In this document: piece after piece, positions 34,401 to 48,226 of the stretch | Numbering within the stretch: the first letter of the stretch is position 1 | Layout of the letters: each line of letters opens with the position of its first letter | Source: Protoeuglena noctilucae | Taxonomy: Eukaryota | Direction of reading: 5' to 3' | Length of the DNA: 64,000 nt | NCBI GenBank assembly: GCA_958009085.1 | Contig: OY253688.1 | Location: 558,001 to 622,000, forward strand | Made by a program: the position numbers and the translations under genes | Notes under the pieces: generated by a model | Seen by the model: only the letters and a program-made list of their open reading frames with translations | Databases searched by the model: none | Told to the model about the DNA's origin: nothing

Positions 34401-36793
34401 GTAAAGGAGGGTCATCTCGGGGTTCATGGAGATGTAGCTGTTGCCGTACAGCTCCATAATCTTCTGCGTTGATAAAAAGGGGGCGGACGGGAGTGGCTGG
34501 AAAGCCCGCAGCGAGCGCTGCTGCTCCTGTCATGCCCGCGTCCCTATTTGCGTCTATCCATGCCGCCCCAGCTCACACCTCGAGGTTGCTGGGCCCGCTG
34601 TAGTAAATGGGGATCTGCAGGCCGGCGTCCGGCTGGGCCAGGGACCCGTCGGCGCACTTGATGTCCGAAAGCAGGCGCGTGACGACCTTGGTGCTGACGG
34701 ACTCGGGCAGGGGAGAGAAGCCATGCAGCACGGCGAGGGACTTGGCGACGTCGCTGGTGTAGAAGCAGTGCCAGAAGTCGACGGTCGCTTGGCGGCGGGC
34801 GCAGTCGTTGAACACGTCCGTGTCCTTGCGCATCACCAGGTAGGTGTAGCCCGCGGCGGGCCAGGCGAACGTACCCTGTGGGGTGGGTGGGTCTTGTTCG
34901 GGAGGTGAGAGGGGGTTGTAAGGGGCCAGGGGTAGCATGGCAAGTGAGCGGTGCAGCGGTGGAGCACGCAGACTGTGAAGTGGGGTGGTGCAGATGTCGT
35001 CCATGAAGTGTTAAGACGCACTGATTCCTGGCCCTCACCTGTGCGCCCTCGACGGCCGCAGTGAGGCGGTCGGCGGGGTCGCCTGTGTTGCCGAACGACA
35101 GACCCAATTCAGCCACGGCGAACTGCACGGCATCGATGCTGGGCTCGATGATGTTCTTGCCGTTGACGCTGCGCACCCACACGACCGAGGCGCCCGTGTC
35201 GAGGGCGTACCCCAGCACGATGTAGCCGAAGGTGTAGTCGGTGGTGGCGACGTAGGCGGCGAGCTCCTGCGAGTGGTGACGGGGGTGACGAGCGTGATGG
35301 TCATTTCAACATTTGTTTCATCTGAAGCAAATGCGTTGACTGACGACGCACCTCATTGCCGGGCTGACGGGTGTAGGTCATGCTGGGATTGGGCCAGGCG
35401 CCCGTGGGGCTGTCGCTGGCGACGACGTTGCTCGAGGTCAGGCCCGACTGCTCCAGGCCAAGCGTCTGCGTGTCACGCAAGGGTCACGCACAGGTGAGGA
35501 TCACACGTGAGGGCCACGGTCGCTGCTGAGCTGTAGGTGGACCATGCCATATCAGCCTTTTCTACATGCCATGGCTCCCTCACCAGTGCCGTGGTCCAGA
35601 TCTGCGTGGTCCCGGACGTCTCGCCACGCACCACGACCTCAATGGCCTTGCCCGGCATCGACTGCAGGGCCGCAGTAACCTGCATGGCAGCACGACAAGC
35701 GATGCATCGTCAGGAGCGAGTCTTATAATGCTGATTGTCATGGAATGTGTCACTGCTGGCTGCCACTTCAGGAGGCGTAAAACGCAGCAACGAGGCCGTG
35801 GGCTGGACAGCAGCCGTGCCAACCTTCCCACAGCTGTGCCTCACCTCGGGGTGCTCCTGGTCGGCGAGGATGCGGGAGTCGTCCCAGGTCTTGATGTCGC
35901 CACCGAAGATGTAGGCGATGGTGGACATCTTGAGGACCATAGGCTTGCCGGTGGCCTTGACGGCCGGGTGCGAGTAGACGGCCGTCACGGCGCCAGCCAC
36001 CGTGGGGTACATCTGGAGGTCGGGGTAGGACGAGTTGTCCTTGTTAACCAGGAGCGAGTCGGAGCCTGCGAAGGGGGGCGAGTTGGCGACTTGCGTATCT
36101 GGGGCTGACAGCCTACGTCTGGTCGCCCGGCTAGTTGTTGCCACGCAGCGCAGGAAAGACAGAGCACAAAGCACGAACCACGCACCGGCGAAGTCGACCT
36201 TGTAGGGCTCCCCCATGGTGTCGCACGACGACGACCCGGTCTTGATGCGGCACTTGCCGCCGCCCGAGCCTGCGGGTGAATGCAGCGAAGCGTTAAATGG
36301 GCAATAGCAACATCGCTTTGTGTCGCTTTGTGCGTAGGTACTACGGGACTTTAACTTTCAGGACGTGTCGCCAACGTATCGCCAAACGCGTCGCCAATTG
36401 CTACTCAGGTCATGTCGTATCGTGCCGTGCCGTGCCGTGCCATGCCGTGCTGCCGCCGAGGCACCGCTGGCTCACCGGTCGGCAGGTAGGACACGTCGAC
36501 GTTGGTGGTGACGTACTTGTACGAGAACATGGCATCCTGGTAGAGCACCTCGGGGAAGGTGCCGCCCGCGCCCTTGATGCTGTACGTCTTGGTCGATGCC
36601 GCCGAGGCGGGCGTGGACGCCGTCTGCGCGAGCGTCAAGGAGAAGAGGCACGCCGCGAGGGCCGCGGCGGCCAGGAAAGCGCGACGGAGCTGCGGGGAAG
36701 CGGCGGGGCGGGTCCGGGGTGAGCTGGGCCAGCTCGCCGGACTTGGCGTGCCGCACGGCGGGTAGCGGCATGCGGCAGAGGCATGCGCACCAT
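31448..36793 (-). CDS. Signal peptide + PstS-like phosphate-binding domain + degenerate second binding domain + multi-TM C-terminus (about 17 exons)
   Basis: M|LRRAFLAAAALAACLFSLTLAQ signal peptide; PstS motifs IKGAGGTFP, YLPTGSGGG, DFAGSDS, IFGGDIKTWDDSRI, VVRGETSGTT and AWPAAGYTY; several hydrophobic helices in the exons at 33283-31737. Confidence 0.8.
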
Positions 36794-37778
36794 GGGGCCT
36801 CGCTTCGCTGATTCGTGGCTTGGCTTGGATTCACGCCGTCAGTTCGGCGACGGGATCTGCGGGCGGGGATGAGGAGGCCGGTGGGGAGGCGACTTGGCCA
36901 CAAATGTCAGCGACAGCCGCCGAGTCGAGCGCGATCATTTGGGAGTGCGGCAGGCGTGAATCTAACTATATAGGAAATGAAAGCCGAATATAGAGGAATG
37001 GCTGTCAATGGATCCCCGGGCGCACCGAGCCAGGGCCTTGCAAGGGACAGGAGCCTTGCGGGCACTATAACGTCCGCACATCGGCAAATGGCTGACACCA
37101 TCGCAAAGATCATTATATGTAAAAGCATATGCGGAGGCCTCATCCCATGATACCCCTTACTCGCACGAGGCCGGGTTCCGGAGATGTCGGAACGCCGGCG
37201 CGTGCGCAGAGGCTATATGGAGCGGAATGCATCGCCCAGCAGATGCAATAAAGCACCCAAAATCCCTCCTAAAAACAACAGGCTGGATGATCCCCTGCCG
37301 GGGCCGGGAGGCCGCAGCCATCACCCAACTGCCAAGCCCGCACTGTGACCAAACCGCGCAGTAACATCCGGCAGGTGTGGGCTGCCTGCATCTCTTGCAA
37401 CCAATTGCGTTGGAAAAGCGCAGTGCAAGGCCTCCATTCCCCGACGGGAGCAAAAAGGCCCAACAGCCTTGAGCGACCTTGCGAAGATGCTCACCTTGCA
37501 GGGAAGTGGAGGAGATGTCGGCAGGGCTGCAGACGCACTGCGAGCGTCTGAGAGCTCCGGTTGGAAACTCCGGTTGGAAATGCCTGGCCCCTCGCCCGAG
37601 CGCTGCTCATGTGATTCTCCCCCGCTTGAAACGTGCGCCTGACGACTCGTGCCAGTTCTGCACCGGTACCAGCTCCCAGCTGTGCTGCAGCTACGCTATT
37701 GTTTCGGAGTTGGCGAAGCGCCCGCGCCAGTGAAATATTCTACGCCCTGAAGCGCGGCCGGTTGCTTGAAGCAATGGC

Positions 37779-39618
37779 ATGAGCGGCCGAAGCGCGGGCG
37801 AGGCGGGGCCTCGTCCTGGGGTCGTGGATGCATGTCAGTTACCTCTTCTTGCGTTCGGGCTCCCGAAACCCGTCCCAGCGCAGGACGAAACCGTGCTGGG
37901 GGAGCGCTGCGTGCGGACGGCGGTCCTGGAGCCAGGGGAAACCGCGGGTCGCTTGATGAAGCAGGCGAGGGCGCGCGATGGAGTCACACGCATGCGAAGC
38001 TGAAGGCGCTGCCGCGCGCGGCTGGTTCTACCGCGCCCCGCATCCCGGCAAGCACCCCTCGCCCCCGACGGATCCCGCCCGCGCCCTGCGCAGCTGATGG
38101 AAGTCACATCACTTACATCCTGGGGCATGAACCACATGAAGCGCATCCGTCGCGTGCGGGAGAGCGGGGCCGGCCGGCGGGAGGGGCAGCTCGAGATCAT
38201 TTTGTGCCCCACGGAGGAAGAGATTGGCGGTGCGTTTCGCGATTTATACGCGACTGCGATGTCCCTCCGTGACTCACGCATATATCTACTTACATCCGCT
38301 GCGTCGCTTGTCCCGCAGGGAGGCTCCCGGACGCCATCGCGGCTCTGCTGGAGGCGGCGGGCGTCACGGCCGAGGCGCTGCGCGAGGCGCGGGTGCCGCG
38401 GTGGGCCCCATCGACGCGGGAACAAGGCCGTGAATGGAGCAAGTTATGGCCGGTGAATTTCCGGGCCGAGGCGGGGCGCATCGAGGGGCAGGGCGAGGAC
38501 CCCGTCGGCCCCGAACCTGCCTCGACCTTTCTGCGCCGCGCGGCGGCCCTCGCGGGGTTCGATCCGGTACGTCCGGACGCAGCGAGCAGCGCGTGTGTGA
38601 TCGTGGACCCGGCGACGGGCGAGGTGGTGGGGGAGGCGGGGGACGGAAGCGCGTCTCACGTGTTGCACCACGCCGTCATGCGGGCAGTGGCGGAGGTGGC
38701 GGCCCGCGACGTGCGGCTGTGGCCGGACGCGGCGATGGACCGCCCGCCCGACTCGCTGCTTACGAGCACCCGGGAAGCGAGCGTGACGTCGGCAAGCGTG
38801 GACAGCGGGGCGGACGTCCCTTTTGGCCCTGCCAAAAGGCTCAGGACGGATCCGGCGGGGCCGGTGGGCAGCGCGGGGACGGGCGACGGCGTGGTTGGAG
38901 TCTGCAGCGATGGGTCTGAGCCGGGGTGTGGCGGGGCGGGGGGCGACGGGGGGTTGCCGGGGGCGGGCGCGATGGCAGCGGTGGCGGTGCGGATGGCGAA
39001 CGGCGCGGCAGCGGAGAGCGCGGATGTGGATGCTCGGCGGAGCGCTAACGACGAGGCCGGGTGCAGGGACGGCGGCGGGAGGGGGCTTGGCGGGGAGGGT
39101 GGGGGTGGCACGGTGACTCGTGATGCGGACGCGCCTCAGGTTCAGGCTCCGAGGGCGAAGCGCAAGGGCAGCGGCCGGCAGGCAAATCGCGGCGGCAAGC
39201 CCTACATTCCCGAGAAGCCCTATTTGTGCACCGGGTTTGACGCGTACGTGTGGAGGGAGCCCTGCGCGATGTGCGCGATGGGTGAGAGCAGCGAAAGCGC
39301 AGGGCGTTCTTTGCGGGCCGCGACGTGTTCGCTTGATTATTATTACCTCATATTAGCCCTTCGTCGCAGGTCTCCTGCATTCGCGCGTGCGCCGGGTCTT
39401 TTACTGCGTTCCTGACGAATCCCACGGGGCTCTGCACGGCCCCGACCGCCTCCACGGCCTCAAGGGCATCAACCATCGTTACCGCGTCTTTCATGTAAGC
39501 GGCCGGAGCGGCGCGTGCGCCTGGATGTGGCGCGCGGGGACGCTTGTGCCGACGATGCCTGTTCTTGCCTCCCGTTCAGGTCCCCCTCGCGCCAGGGAGC
39601 GACGTGCAGAGCAGCTAA
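37779..39618 (+). CDS. TAD3: tRNA-specific adenosine deaminase non-catalytic subunit TAD3/ADAT3
   Basis: HMKRIR, WSKLWPVNF, LHHAVMRAV (V in place of catalytic E), YLCTGFDAY..EPCAMCAMG|LLHSRVRRVFY and INHRYRVF. The 3' end is 39618 if the last intron (39495-39579) is spliced, otherwise 39653. Confidence 0.92.
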
Positions 39619-40936
39619 GGATGAATCGAGAAAGCAGAGTCACAGCGGGATAGCGAGGGCACCAATGGGCGCAGTTCGCGCTCCCTGCACGCCTTGCGCG
39701 AGCTCTATCAGTTGGCGGGCGCGCCGGGAGCGGGGCTCGCGCTTTGGTTCTTAGCGAGTTGCTGCCTCGCTTTCTCCAACGACTCCTCGTCAACCCAGTC
39801 CTGCGAATGAGACGAAATCGGGCCTTGAACGCTGGTTGAAGCGTGTTCGCGTGTGCCACCCTCCTCTTCATGCTCGATGCGCACCCCGCACCTCCAGCGG
39901 AAGCCTGGTGTCGGGCTTCAGGATCGTGTGGACGACTTGCGATCCCGTCGCGAGCCCCAGCGCCGTAACAGCGTACGCTTTTGCCCAAAACTTGATTCTG
40001 CGCGAGCGTGGATCGAATCTGCAAGCCTCAAATCCGCCGCCCACACCATAGGGTGTGTGGAAGTACTGGCTACATTCCCACCTGTCCCAGGCCCCTGCCG
40101 CCCTTCCTCGCATGACCGTTTCGCCGACCCACGCCCCTTCTGCCCGCTGCCCAGGCGGACCTCTGCGGCGGTCCTACCGCTAGCTCGCGAATAGGCGAGA
40201 TCGAGACAGCTCCCGTCTCCGCGTGCAGGATCCTATGACATCGGGGAAAGCCTCCTGACACGCCTCGAGCGCCAGGGGAGAGGAAGAAGCTGAGGAGCCA
40301 TAAAGAGAGCGTGTCCGCTGGTTCCTTTACTGCTGCACTTTCCGTTGCGATTACCTGCCGGCGCTGCTGAGCGACGAGCTTGCTCTTCCTCGTGCGTGAG
40401 TGGTTGAGCAGCACGACCGGGCTCGCGGGTGGGTATCTGTGGCCCGCAAAGTGGCTGACTCCTTCCTGGCCTCATTCCTGAGGACGTGGCATCGGGCTCG
40501 GGCCTTTGGCATTTCAAAGTAGCGGCGTTCGGGGACGAGCGCTTGCAGGGCCGGCCCTGCGAGCCGAGGCGCGAGGTGAGTCGCCGCTCATGTTCACGTT
40601 AATGCGATCAAGTTGCGACGGGAGGGTGAGTGTCCTGTCCGCTGCGTCCTAGGCGCACGGCGGACTCCCTTGCTGCTTCCGCTGGGGGCCACTCCCTCGC
40701 GAGGGGCTATTTACGCGCCAGATGTCGTGCCAAGCGCACATACCTGTTCTATTACTGCGACCCGCGGCCTGCGGGCGCGCCTGCCGCTCTCCACGCCGCG
40801 GGGGCTGGCGTGGCAGCAAATGCGCCCCTGATTACTGTGCGATGGTATTTTCCCTCACATTAGCCTTCCCCGACCCATCCACGCTTCCTTCGCTGTTTCG
40901 CTGTGCAGGAGGTCGTCCGGGCGCGCGTTTGGCGCG

Positions 40937-43900
40937 ATGTCGGCCGCGAGCTGGGCCCCGGCAGGCCGCCCTGGCAGCCGGGAGGTCGCGCGGCGCCCGC
41001 GGGCCGCTCCCCGGCTGCTCCCGGTAGCCTCGCGCTCTGTTCGACCTGGCGATGCCACATCGGCGGCGCTGGCGGCCCGCGCAGCCGCGCCCAAGCCCTC
41101 CCCTGGTCCCCTGAGCCGCAACGCGTGTCCCATGCCTCCCGCGCCCGCCGCGCGCCGCCCCGCGCGCCGCCTGCCCCCGCCGAGCGCCTCCGCGAGTTCG
41201 AGTGCGCTCCCCGCGCCCGGCCAAGAGCCCTGGCAGCCCCCCGTCTCGTGGAAGGAGCGCATTCGACGCACGATAGGCCAGATGGACGGACTGTGGGGCG
41301 AGTTCGTCCCCATGGTGGCTCTCTTCTTCTTTATGGCATTCGTCAACACGGGTGAGAGATGGTGGAGATGGTAAATGCTACTTTGTTGGGTGTATGGTCA
41401 TCACGTTTGGTTCTCCTCCCCCAATCACTGACTCGCTCATAGGCACCCTCGTCGTCACAGCTACCCTCACCCCCACTGTAGCACTCACCCCCACCCCCCA
41501 CTCTCATCACCCCAGTCATCGACAGCCTCAAGGACACCCTGGTCGTCACGAGCGTGGGGGGCGGCCCCCAGGTCATCCCCTTCCTGACCGTATACGCCGT
41601 CCTGCCCGCCTCCCTCGTCTTCTTCGCCCTCTACTCCCTCGCCACCCAGCGCTTCTCGAGGGCCCAGACGTTCAACGTGGTCATCGCCGCGTTTGTCGCC
41701 TTCTTCGCGGCGTTCGCGTTTCTGGCGTACCCCAACCACGAGGCCCTGCATCTGGCGTCGCTGGATGCCTGGACGCAGGCGGTGCCCACGGGGCTGCAGG
41801 GGCTGATCGGGATGGCCAGGTGAGAGGGAGTGGGGTGGGGTTGACTGCAGGGGCTGATCGGGATGGCCAGGTGAGAGGGAGTGGGGTGGGGTTGACTGCA
41901 GGGGCTGATCGGGTTGGCGAGGCGAGGGAGTGGAGTGGGTGCAAGTGGGGTTGCTGGGATGCCGAGGTTTATTATCGGATACTTATATAATTATCGTAAC
42001 CTTATCGCAAAAATGGACCTTCACGCTCTCCTACTTCGTCATCGGTGCACATCCATTTACCCTGATCTCCCAATCATATATTACCACCCCCATCCTCAGA
42101 AACTGGACCTTCACGCTCTTCTACGTCGTCAGCGAGCTGTGGGGCGACGTTGTGCTGTCGCTGCTCTTCTGGGGGCTGGCCAACGACATCACGAGCCTTC
42201 GCAAGGCGCGCGTGCTGTACCCGCTCTTCGGGATCGGGGCCAACGTCGCGCAGGTCGCCGCGGGGAGGTTCTTGAAGGCGAGTTTGTGATGTAGCTGTAT
42301 GTGTTTGATAATGGCCGTTAGTTGCATTGTGGGATGGGCATTGTGGGATGGGTAGCCGCGGGGAGGTTCCTCAAGGCGATATGGGCGATAGAGCTAGTGC
42401 TCGGTCATTACTGTGTTAATTATCAGTTATTGTTGTTTTGTTATTATACTTTGGCACATCATTGTTACCGTCATGATAACTTTCTTACAGTTCTATCCTC
42501 TCCCTCTCTGAGCAGGTGTGGGGCGCAGCGGCGGCTGCCAAGGGGACGGCCTTCCAATCGCTGCTGCAGGTGAGAAGGGGGGTGTTTGCTTTGGTAGCTA
42601 TAGTTGTTATAGCTGCTATATCGCATTCACACTTGTCGTGTACCATGCATCACCCCTCTCTTTCCCCCCCCCCCACTCTCCCACCCCGCAGGTGCAGATG
42701 TGCACGTGCATCGCGTCCGCCCTGTGCGTCATGCTCACGCACCAGTACATCATGGTGCGATTCCGACGAAGGCAGCCGCCGCAGAGGAAGGACGTGAGGG
42801 TCGCGAGGTGGGTGGTTTGGGGGGGGTTAGCGGCGGGTGGGGGTGGTGTGGGAGTGAGCTCACACATGAGGGTGGCAGTTCACACCTACCCTCACTCACT
42901 CCCTAAACCCCGCCCCCTCCGCACCCACTCCACCCCCACCTCATCCCTCCCACCCTGCCCCCCCCACACCCACTCCACCCCCACCTCACCTCATTTCACC
43001 TCATCCCACCCACCCCGCTCCCCATCTCCAGGCTGATGGCCGAGGGTAAATCCCGGGAGCAGGCAGAGTTTCTGGCGGGCTACGAGTCCGACGCCGACCT
43101 GGGCGTCCTGGGGAGGGCAAAGCCCCGGGGGGACTCTGACAGGGATTCTGACAGGGATCTCGAGTCAGAAACAGAGGCAGATTCAGAAGAGCCGGGGCCG
43201 GCGGGTGGTGCGGGTGCGGGTGCGGGTGCGGGTGGTGGTGTGGGTATGGGTGCGGGTGCAAGTGCCAATGCGGGTGTGGAGGAGGCTCGCGCGGAGTCTC
43301 GTGCGGTGTTGCGGCGCATCCAGGACGGCGGCACGGTGTCTGTCTCAGGTCGGGTGCCGGGCTTTGGCGATGCGGGGGGCGACGGTGGGCGTGCGTCCAC
43401 CAGCGGGCGAGGGGCGGCACCGGAGAGCTCTCTGGGCTGGGGAGAATCTTCGAAAGAATCGAGAGAGTCGAGAGAATCGAAGGATTCGAACCTCGCACCC
43501 GGCGTTGGCGAGGGGGTTGGCGATGGCGACGAGGGCGGCAGCAGCAGCGGCAGCAAGAGTGGCAGCGACGGGAGTGAAAAGAGCGATCGGAAGATGACGG
43601 TATTCCAGGCTTTGCGTTTCGTGGCCAAGTCCCCGCAAGTGCGCTCGCTGGCCGTCATGTCCCTGTCCCAGGGGGTGTGCACAACATTGCTGGAGTTCGC
43701 ATGGAAGACCGAGCTCAGGCGCATGCACCCCACGCCGCAAGCGTTCAGCGCGTTTATGGGCGACGTGGCGTCGGCGACGGGGCTGACCACGGTGGCATTG
43801 ATGGCCGTGTCACCCGCGCTGTTCCGTCTGGTGGGGTGGAAGGGGGTGGCGTCGGTCAGCCCCAGGTGAGAGATGGGGAGGAGGTGTGATGGGTGGTAGT

Positions 43901-45062
43901 GGGTGGCTGTGGCTGTTTCGACCATTTACTTTCAGACACCCACAATCCCTAGCATTCACTTACCCACACCCACGCACCCGACCACTCACCCCCATGCACC
44001 CCCACACCCCCCCACCCCCCCAGCCTCTTACTCACCGCCGGCACTGCCTTCTTCGCCCTCTCGCAGTTACCGCACCCACACTCACTCCCACTCAGCCCAC
44101 TCACAACACCCCCATCACCCCACCCCACTCACCCCACCCCTCCCCCAACCCCCCCTCAGGCTCTTACTCACCGCCGGCACTGCCTTCTTCGCCCTCTCCT
44201 GGTTCCTGAGAGCCTTCGGGTATGCCCTCAGCGGCCCCTACGAGAGCGTCTTGCTTTCCGGCATCGTGGTGATGGGGGCGGCGCTTTTCGTGCTCAACCG
44301 AGGATGCAAGTTCTCGCTGTTCAAGCCGGCCGAGGAGATGGTGTACATCATGCTCGACGAGGAGTCGAGGACCAAGGCGAGTGCGGTAATAGTTATTAGA
44401 TAGTAAATATGTTGTTATAGTTTATGTTATATATGTGTTGTGAGTGTCCAAGCCGGCGGAGAAGATGATGTATTGTCATCATGCTGGACGAGGAGTGGAG
44501 GACCAAGGCATCATAAACGATACATGATGCATAACAAATTGTAATGCTATTGTAATGTATTGTAATGCTACACACACCCTTTGTTCTCACCCCTTAACTC
44601 ATATCTATCCCTTGCTCAGGGCAAGGCGGCGATCGACGTGGTGGGGGCGCAGATGGGCAAGTCCAGCTCGAGCGTGCTGCAGCAGGCACTGCTGGTGAGA
44701 AACGGCAGTGTTTGTATATGTATTGTTATTGCTGTTATTGTCTGTTGTACACCTCACTACCATTCACACTCCCACCCCACAACCCTCACCCCACAACCCT
44801 CAACCCCCACCCCCCGCAGCTCCTCTCCGGCGGCTCCATGTCCCTCATTCTCCCCATCATGACTTTCTTCCAATTGGGCATATTGACCGAGTGGATGAGG
44901 GCCGTCACCAGGCTGGGGGACTTTTACAACGAGTCTGTCAAAAACACGAAGTTCGCCGTGGGGGGCGACGAGGGGAATGGGGAAACCGGTGGGGCGGGGG
45001 GTAGGGGAGTGGAAATGGGGGGGGAGGGGGGAGAGAGAGCGGCGGCGCCCATGGCTGCGTGA
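40937..45062 (+). CDS. NTT: Plastid-type ATP/ADP (nucleotide) transporter, TLC/NTT family, multi-exon
   Basis: FFFMAFVNT|VIDSLKDTLVVT, IPFLTVYAVLP, NWTFTLFYVVSELWG...LLFWGLANDIT, YPLFGIGANVA, KFSLFKPAEEMVYIMLDEESRTK|GKAAIDVVG..GKS. The start codon is uncertain. Confidence 0.92.
41794..41930 (+). repeat. 51-nt tandem repeat spanning an NTT exon end and 5' splice site (about 2.6 copies)
   Basis: CTGCAGGGGCTGATCGGGATGGCCAG|GTGAGAGGGAGTGGGGTGGGGTTGA at 41794 and 41845, with a degenerate copy at 41896. Confidence 0.9.
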
Positions 45063-45457
45063 GACATGAAACATGAGATGAGGAGGGGTGGGTTAATACC
45101 CTGGTGATGAGGGCTGGTTATATGCCTTCGTTATCGTGTGAGGATAGGGTCTTCAGATAATGTTTTCACAAACACAAACAGCGTGCGGAGAGGGGGGCGC
45201 TTGATTGTTGCAGTGGCAGTGGGGCTGTGTCGTTGGGGCAGTGGGGGTAGTTTCGAATCACACCCGTCCTCCGTGTCCCTTTCCTAGACACTCTCAGACA
45301 CTCTCTCGTTTCAAAGAATGAGACGTGCTATGCACTTTGTGTGCAAAACAATTCGAACCGTGCCTTGACACAAAACGTGCCATCTCTTAGCAACAACAAA
45401 CGTGCCATCACACGCCGGTGATGCGATACCATCACCGAAACGTGCTCTCTTAGATTT

Positions 45458-47643
45458 CTAAGGGAATCGGTACAGCATGGCCGTCCCGTCGTCCCCCGCG
45501 GCCACCAGCTGCCCCCCCGACGCCATCGCGACCCTCACCGCAGCGCGATTCGCACCCAACGCGTACAGCCGCTTCCCCGCCCCCACCTCCACGACATGCA
45601 GGGACCCATCCCCACACCCCACCAGCGCGTGCCCCCCCACCACGCACAAATCATATGGAAAGTCCGTTAACAGCACCCGCACAACCTCCCCCAAACTTTC
45701 CCTCAAGTCCAAAACTCGCACTGTCCCATCCGCACCGGCGGTTACTACGTACCCCCCCACCCCGCCCGCACCCTGCTTGATTGCCCCCACCGCCCCGTGA
45801 CCCTTGTCAGTCACATGCACTCCCCTCACGCAAACGGGATCCTGCCACACTCTCGCATCCACCATACACACCGCCCCGTCTTGCCCCCCCGATATCGCCA
45901 CATTGCCCTCCCCATCTCCCCGCACCATCGCAGCTGCCGTGGTGTGGCCGGAGTGCAACGCGTCCCATCTAAGAGATGCGGAACCGGTCACGGTGTCCCA
46001 TAACATCAACGCGCCACCGCGGTCGCCGCTCACCACGCGACTGCCGGGGGCGTCTGGGGGGGTGGATGGGGTGGTATGGGGCGTAAGGGTGGTGGGGTAA
46101 GAGGAGAAATGGTGGCGTGATGTGGTGGGTGGCGGTGATTGGGACAGTCACACCCTCAGCTATAGTTCTGTCAGTGACAGAAATAGTGATTCTGACTTAC
46201 ATGATCTTACATTCATTCCCCTTTCCTCCTCTCACCCACGTCCATGCACAGCACAGGCGCCCGGTGTCCCGTCAGCGTTTGGGCGCAAGCGGCGGTGGAG
46301 TTGCGGGACGAGCAGTCCCACAGCCTGAGAGTGATGGAGAAAGCGGGTAATGTTTGAGTGGTAGGGTAGCAGTGGTGAAGGGAGGGGTGCGTGAGTAGTG
46401 AAAATGGTGGTGGTGAAGAGACCCACCCCACCACACCCACCACCCCCTACCACTTATCAACTCGTTACTAACCCACCCACCCACCCACCACCACCTCTCA
46501 CCTAACCGTCTTGTCGTACCCACACGACGCAACCCACCCCCCCGCCCCCGCCCGCTGCACGCATGAAACAGGGCCCGCATGCCCCGTCAAATCTCGACAA
46601 GCGACACCCGTGGCATTCCACAGGCAGAGCTTCGAGTCCATTGCGCCAGACACGATGCGGCCGTCTGTGTGTGTAGAGAGCATGGGGGAGTAGCTGTTGT
46701 TTGGGACAAAGCATGGTGTCGTGCACCCTCCCTGCCACCCTCGCTGCTAGCCCCACTGCCACCCCCACTGCCACCCCACATGTCGGGGCTCGCTGACATG
46801 TGACTCACCTGGCAAGTAGGTGACGCACGTGACCCATTCCTTATGACCGTGTGCCTTGCTGTGCAGTGTCCGCTTCTGTCTGCCCTTTGCGATGTCCAAA
46901 ACATATAGGGCGTGGTCGGAGCAACCCAAGACACACTCGTTCTAAAAGCAAGGGGCGGAGTGGGAGTGGGGGGCAGCGTGTGCGTGTTGACAAATGCGCC
47001 CATCTCATCCAAACAAAAAGGGACACAAACGCGCATTCATCATGTGAACACCACCATTCAACACGCCCACGTCCCATCCACTCACCTGGCCCCAGTCCGC
47101 GTCTCCACACAGCACCGGACGGTCGGACAGCTGCACGCACGTCCCGGCCGTGTCCTCCGGCCCCGACGCCCAGCCCTGCGGCCAGCAAATGAAGTCCTCG
47201 TTCTCAGGCACATATTCCCACACGCTGCAGGGCGGTGGTAAGGGCGGCGTGAGATGCAGAATTGCTAACTGTGATTGCCTGCGCCTGCGCTTGCGCTTCC
47301 TCGCCTGGCTGAGTGGCACGGATGCCATGCGTCGGATTTGGGCGTTCCGGGCCTCCGCGAGCTCCCCGGTCGCGCCGTCCGCGGGGCTGGTTACGGGGCC
47401 CGCTGCGCTGAGGCTCCGGGAAGACGAGGAGCGCGACGCGAGGCCTCCGGATGACGCGGGGGCGTTGTTCCGAAACGAAGGGCCACGCGCGGCTGGGCGC
47501 GCCGGGCGGAGGTGGCCCAGGGCGGGGGCGGGGGCGCCAGCTGTAGGTGCATGGGGGCCCGCGATTTGTGGCTCCCCCGCGCTCCCTCGAGGGCCGCGTC
47601 TGCTGGTGCCGACCCCTCCGCTGGTAGACGCTCCCGCCGCCAT
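45458..47643 (-). CDS. WD40-repeat protein, multi-exon
   Basis: GHKEWVTCV, IVSGAMDSKLCLWN, GHAGPVSCV..SCGYDKTVRLWD, GHRAPVLCM and VTAGADGTVRVLD repeats. Confidence 0.88.
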
Positions 47644-48226
47644 TGACAGCGCCCTGCAACCGACGAGAGGATGCGTGCGTGGGTCGAAATGCAACGCGCG
47701 AGCTGGCGGCAACTTTGCGGGCGTTCGTCGCCATCAAGCACCTGAAGCCCTCCTCAAAACGCTCCATGTAGGCGTCATTGAGCTCGTGCGAGCGCGCTGC
47801 GTGGTCCCTGCACCACGTGGGAACGCTGTTGCGCGTTTAGCTCCATAGCTGGGCGAGTTTGGCGTGCGCAGTCGTGTCCCCTGTGCAGCACTCACCGCGG
47901 AAGCTGTGTCGGGCGACGCGTGGCCTGGCTCTCGCGCTGCCGCGCCTTCAGACGGTCCAGCGCGCTCATGGCGCCCAGACCGCCCGGACGCGACACCCCC
48001 CGAGGTCGTCCGGGCTTCTTTCTGCCTCTCCTCGCTCCGGTGACGTTCCTATTCCTTCCGCGCGCACGTTTGCGGCCATAACCGCCCGCGGCGAGCTGAA
48101 AGCTGGGGCACTGGCAAGAAGTGCCCGCGAGTATCTGGCGCCCGGGAGCCCCCATGGCTCAGCTCCCGCGCGAATTCCCGTCAGATTAGGAGCCCCGAGC
48201 AGGGATATCGCAATAGACGCCGCACG

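Noticed and set aside
31448..36793. PstS gene as bacterial contamination or part of a pst operon
   Set aside because: It has many spliceosomal introns, sits among algal genes, and no pstC, pstA or pstB is present.
38665..38690. Missing catalytic Glu (HAV rather than HAE) as pseudogenisation
   Set aside because: Normal for the non-catalytic TAD3 subunit.
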